NCBI GenBank assembly: GCA_041660005.1
Contig: JBAZXG010000002.1
Span: 188,037-238,274, forward strand
Reading direction: 5' to 3'
DNA length: 50,238 nt
From: Patescibacteria group bacterium
Lineage (GTDB): Bacteria > Patescibacteriota > Patescibacteriia > GWA2-46-9
The stretch's first letter is position 1; each line of letters begins with the position of its first letter. Of the stretch, positions 46,902 to 50,238 are shown piece by piece. The position numbers and the translations under genes were made by a program. A model generated the notes under the pieces. The model was given only the letters and a program-made list of their open reading frames with translations, did no database searches and was not told the DNA's origin.

Positions 46902-49301
46902 TTAAGCATTGTATAAGATTTTTAGTTTCTCGAGCCCGCGATGAACTTGTACCGCCAAAGTATTCTTTGACTGTCCGGTGATGAGAGACATTTCTTTCAA
47001 TGATAGACTTTGCATGTACCGCATCTTCATTACCTTTTGGTATTTTACGGGAAGTTGTTGAATCAAAAGGAATGCCGTCCTCCCATCTAAGGTGTTAACA
47101 AGACGGCTAGAATCATCGATGCTCGGCTCAAAAGCTTTTTCTAAATAACTATTATTTAACACGTCTTCAATAAGTTCTTTTTCTTTGGCTACAACATTAA
47201 CAGACAAAGGCAAGTCTGAAACCATTTCAATAAGTACCTCCTCAAGTGTTTTTATTTTTTTGTCTTGACCAGCCTGTTCGCCAAGCTTGGCAATAGAATA
47301 ATGCAATACTTTAAGCTCAAAACTCATTGCCTTATAATCCTCGCCAGTTCGTGTGCGCATGAGTGGCGCAATTTCTTTTTCTAAAAATAGTTTTTTATCT
47401 TCATTAAGTTTTTGCCAAAAAGTTTCATCAACTTTATCAATTTTACCTTTCGCATCCAAAATTACCACATTGTTTAGCGGAAGTTTGACGATATCTTCTT
47501 TTAGCTTTTGAATAGTATTTTGTACAAGCTCGGTATTGTCTTGTGATTCGGCAAGATTTAACTTTTGTAATTTAGTTTCAAAAAGACGGACAGGAAGCGG
47601 CTTTGATGGCTTGTCGATTTTGCCGGTCGGGTTCATCTGAAAGTATTCAAAATTTTCCCAACAATCAATTATGAGAAATTTATCTTTCACCTTGCACCAC
47701 GGCTTCATTTTTTTCGGTTCTAAAAGTCTAGTTCCTCGTCCGATCATCTGCCAGAATTTGGTATAAGAAAAAACAGGTTTTGCAAAAACAAGATTGACCA
47801 GTTCGCGGACATCTATGCCTGTATCAAGCATATCAACGCTAATGGCAATGCGTGGAAAATCTTTATTGATAAATTGATCAAGTAAACCGCCTTTTCCATA
47901 AACGCGAGAATCGTCCGAAACAATGACTTTGGCGATATTGCCTTTGTGTTCAGGATAGAGATCATCAAACACTTCCTGCAATCTGCGAGCATGCTTCATG
48001 GTCATTGCAAAGAAAATCGTTTTTCCTGGTAGTGTCCCGCTTTCATCTTTAATACATTCCTCCATGAATTCTTGCACGATCAGCGCATTCGTTCCTTTGT
48101 TGGTTACTTTTTTTTCAATTTCACTGCCCTCGTAATTTATTTCCGTTGGTTCTTTGCCGTCGGCAAGCAGTTTTTGCTGTTCGGCAATGGTAATATTATC
48201 TTTTCTAATACCTTCTTTTTGAAATTTGGTGCGAACTTTTAGAACTTCAAAGTCTGAAAGGTAGGGGGGCTTATTGTTTATCGCTTCTTCATATGAGTAG
48301 GCATAAGTTGGGATTCCATCTTCACATTCAAAAATTCCAAAAGTATTATGTTCAATTGCATCTTTTGGTGTAGCAGTTAGACCAAGCTGAACAGAGTCAA
48401 AATAATCAAAAATATTTTTGTAAACATTGTAGATTGATCTATGGCTTTCATCGGCTACGATCATATCAAAAAAATGCGGACTAAGCGGGCAGTCTTTATC
48501 TTCAATGATATTGAGCATTGTCGGATAAGTAGCGCAATAAATTCTTCTGTCTGTTACGATGTCGTGCTCGCCAACTTTTGGCCAAACTGGGGCATTTGGT
48601 AAGAATTCTTTAAAAGCGTCAAGTGCTTGGTTTCTAAGTGCAATTCGATCAACTAGAAACAAAACCTTTTGCACCTTGTTTGCTCGCATGAGTGCTTCAA
48701 TCATTGCTACGCAAGTTCTTGTTTTTCCTGTACCTGTTGCCATTACGAGCAAAGATTTTCTTTTTCCTTTATCTAAGTTTTCAAAAACAGAACGAATGGC
48801 TTCTATTTGATATGGTCGTCCGGCAATTTCTTTTTGGATTAATTCTTGGGAAAGTGGTTTTTCGTTTTTACGCAAAAACAACATTCTCTCTAAATCTTTT
48901 TTTGTTGGAAATCCATAAACTTTGCGAGGTGGGTATTTTTCGGTATCCCAAAAATAAATATCGTGCCCATTCGTATAAAAAACAAATGGCATATCTTTGC
49001 CGGAATTTTTTTGAATATTTTCTGCATATTGGCGTGCTTGTTCTTGTCCAACTCTTGCATCTTTTGAAGTTTTTTTAGCTTCTACAATCGCCAAAGGATA
49101 ACCACTATCACCAAGTAGGGCATAATCAGCAAATTGAAAGCCTTGATATTCGTGTTCCGGCTCCTTAACGCCCTCTGGCAAGCCAATCCAAATATCAAGC
49201 TCGGATGTAACTTGAGATGGATCACTAACACTCCAGCCGGCTTTTTCAAGCCGCTTGTCGATGATCTCTTGTCTAGTTTTAGCTTCGTTAATATTTACCA
49301 T
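46902..49301 (-). CDS. Orphan HsdR-like nuclease-helicase (type I R subunit, EcoEI-like) with a C-terminal sigma-70 region-4 HTH
   Basis: N-terminal NEAKTRQEIIDKRLEKAGW plus PD-(D/E)xK (FADYALL...LAIVEAKK). Helicase motifs MATGTGKT, VADESHR, GLTATP, QMIGRGTR. The last ~60 aa are LLIQQLPVKYQKVMKMRYMQSLSLKEMSLITGQSKNTLAVQVHRGLEKLK. Confidence 0.8.
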   Translation of the reverse strand: MVNINEAKTRQEIIDKRLEKAGWSVSDPSQVTSELDIWIGLPEGVKEPEHEYQGFQFADYALLGDSGYPLAIVEAKKTSKDARVGQEQARQYAENIQKNSGKDMPFVFYTNGHDIYFWDTEKYPPRKVYGFPTKKDLERMLFLRKNEKPLSQELIQKEIAGRPYQIEAIRSVFENLDKGKRKSLLVMATGTGKTRTCVAMIEALMRANKVQKVLFLVDRIALRNQALDAFKEFLPNAPVWPKVGEHDIVTDRRIYCATYPTMLNIIEDKDCPLSPHFFDMIVADESHRSIYNVYKNIFDYFDSVQLGLTATPKDAIEHNTFGIFECEDGIPTYAYSYEEAINNKPPYLSDFEVLKVRTKFQKEGIRKDNITIAEQQKLLADGKEPTEINYEGSEIEKKVTNKGTNALIVQEFMEECIKDESGTLPGKTIFFAMTMKHARRLQEVFDDLYPEHKGNIAKVIVSDDSRVYGKGGLLDQFINKDFPRIAISVDMLDTGIDVRELVNLVFAKPVFSYTKFWQMIGRGTRLLEPKKMKPWCKVKDKFLIIDCWENFEYFQMNPTGKIDKPSKPLPVRLFETKLQKLNLAESQDNTELVQNTIQKLKEDIVKLPLNNVVILDAKGKIDKVDETFWQKLNEDKKLFLEKEIAPLMRTRTGEDYKAMSFELKVLHYSIAKLGEQAGQDKKIKTLEEVLIEMVSDLPLSVNVVAKEKELIEDVLNNSYLEKAFEPSIDDSSRLVNTLDGRTAFLLIQQLPVKYQKVMKMRYMQSLSLKEMSLITGQSKNTLAVQVHRGLEKLKILYNA

Positions 49302-49303
49302 AA

Positions 49304-49513
49304 TTATTGTGTTAATTCATCAAGCGTAACCCCTAACCCCGTCGCAATCTTCTTTACGGTATCCAGCGTCGGATTGGTTACAGTGTCCGATTCAATCTTA
49401 ATCAAGGTCGGATAGGGAATATCCGCCTTCTTTGCGAGCTCATCCTGCGTTAAATCCCGTTTAGCTCTCCAAACTCGTATTTTCTGCCCAATTGTTGTCT
49501 CGTTATTTGTCAT
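49304..49513 (-). CDS. XRE-family HTH regulator
   Basis: IGQKIRVWRAKRDLTQDELAKKADIPYPTLIKIESD....PTLDTVKKIATGLGVTLDEL. Its stop is 2 nt before the hsdR-like ATG. The start could also be 49522. Confidence 0.8.
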   Translation of the reverse strand: MTNNETTIGQKIRVWRAKRDLTQDELAKKADIPYPTLIKIESDTVTNPTLDTVKKIATGLGVTLDELTQ

Positions 49514-49541
49514 AAACGGCATGTAATATATGGTTAGTTGT

Positions 49542-49569
49542 ATTGTATCGCTTTCACCTGATTTTACAA
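49542..49569 (-). promoter_or_regulatory. Sigma-70-like promoter of the XRE/hsdR-like operon
   Basis: On the minus strand: TTGTAA (49569-49564), 16-nt spacer, TACAAT (49547-49542). Confidence 0.5.
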
Positions 49570-49732
49570 GAGTTTTGCCAGACGTTCGAACCACAAACCA
49601 AAAGGTAACTTCTCTCCAATCTAAGCCATTTGTTTTTCATAATTCCGCCAAACAAGCCAAATGGTGTCCCCAGCGTTCGAACCGCATCAACACCGACAAA
49701 ACCGCTAACTTATACAGTAAACAAGCGCATTC

Positions 49733-49766
49733 CGCACAAAACAAAAATTCCACCTCTTCGGTGGAA
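49733..49766 (-). terminator. Minus-strand intrinsic terminator with no annotated gene upstream of it
   Basis: The minus strand reads ttccacc gaaga ggtggaa TTTTTGTTTTGTG. Confidence 0.6.
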
Positions 49767-49858
49767 CTAATGATGGTGAGATTATACGCTGATGTGCGTA
49801 CCCATTCTACCCGAAATATCGGCCTCTAGGGTAGTCATACAGGTAGTCATTCGCTCTA

Positions 49859-50080
49859 CCTCGGAATGACTACCCTGCGTTGCTGAAACCGCCCATCATT
49901 CCTCGCTTTTCTGACCTCGCCGCTCTCAATTTCCAAACCCGACTTCACTCCGGTTTACCCCTTCACGCACCCCTTCACTCGGGTACTGCCGGAATGAAGG
50001 GGTAGCTAGTCTCAATACCGCCTTCAATGCTCACTTTTCTGGCCTTGCCTAGTCAAAATCCCAAGTCCGACTTCACTCCG
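49859..50080. repeat. Two ~93-nt imperfect direct repeats (period ~130 nt) in a GC-rich non-coding region
   Basis: Unit 1 at 49859-49952 and unit 2 at 49989-50080 share cggaatga..accgcc..tca.t.c.c.cttttctg.cct.gcc....ccgacttcactccg. Each is preceded by a hairpin whose 3' arm is part of the unit (gggtagtcat/atgactaccc; ccccttca/tgaagggg). Confidence 0.8.
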
Positions 50081-50238
50081 CTCCGTCCTGCTGGCCGTCG
50101 CTCCGTGAAATGTCGCTGGTTCGTGTCTGGTGGCTCGGCCTTCTCCTTCCGTCCTGCTGTTTCTTTATTGATTGGTGGGGGGGGGTATAAATCGTGATTG
50201 AAAAATAATTATTGCTCATGGCCGCAAGGCCAAGAAAA

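Noticed and set aside
49583-49683. tRNA or tmRNA fragments suggested by two GGTTCGAAC-like strings and a ..GGGGACACCA end on the minus strand.
   Set aside because: The flanking bases do not form a T-stem of more than 3 bp, and no complementary acceptor strand (tggggac on the plus strand) exists within 600 nt.

Overview
This 50.2-kb chromosomal window looks like a small-genome Patescibacteria/CPR-type bacterium. That is an inference from several traits. The 23S-5S operon has no 16S gene upstream. The 23S carries two group I introns (one with a LAGLIDADG homing endonuclease) and several helix insertions. UvrC is truncated, the GlmU-like protein is nucleotidyltransferase-only, and IleRS is eukaryote-like type 2. 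Core content: uvrB, uvrC, ileS, an M24 peptidase, ruvA, a FemAB-type transferase, a CYTH protein, a Mur ligase, rpoB, rpoC, pepA, a glutaredoxin-like protein, two paralogous dual-REC orphan response regulators, a TrpR/YerC-like regulator, a TlyA-like methyltransferase, an EndoQ-like PHP protein, and tRNA-Gly(GCC), tRNA-Arg(CCG) and tRNA-Ala(UGC). The accessory content is concentrated in an AT-rich island of about 8 kb (about 8.55-16.65 kb) between uvrC and ileS. It carries a 2H phosphoesterase next to a mini kinase-like protein, a RhuM-Fic/Doc fusion, and a BsuBI/PstI-type R-M pair headed by a LexA/S24-like repressor. It also carries the most interesting item: a tightly coupled TIR-like (ThsB/DUF1863-type) plus caspase-fold protease operon, a candidate TIR-to-caspase defence module. 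A second accessory patch at the 3' end holds an XRE regulator and an orphan HsdR-like nuclease-helicase with a sigma-70 region-4 tail, followed by a GC-rich, internally repeated non-coding region. Other unexplained signals are a structured GC-rich context around tRNA-Arg, CTAG-palindrome operators with a terminator/antiterminator leader beside the TrpR-like gene, a promoter-to-terminator short transcript ahead of the 23S, a 33-aa Lys/Ala-rich microprotein missing from the ORF track, and several repeat families. All calls come from reading the sequence and recalling family motifs. No database search was run.
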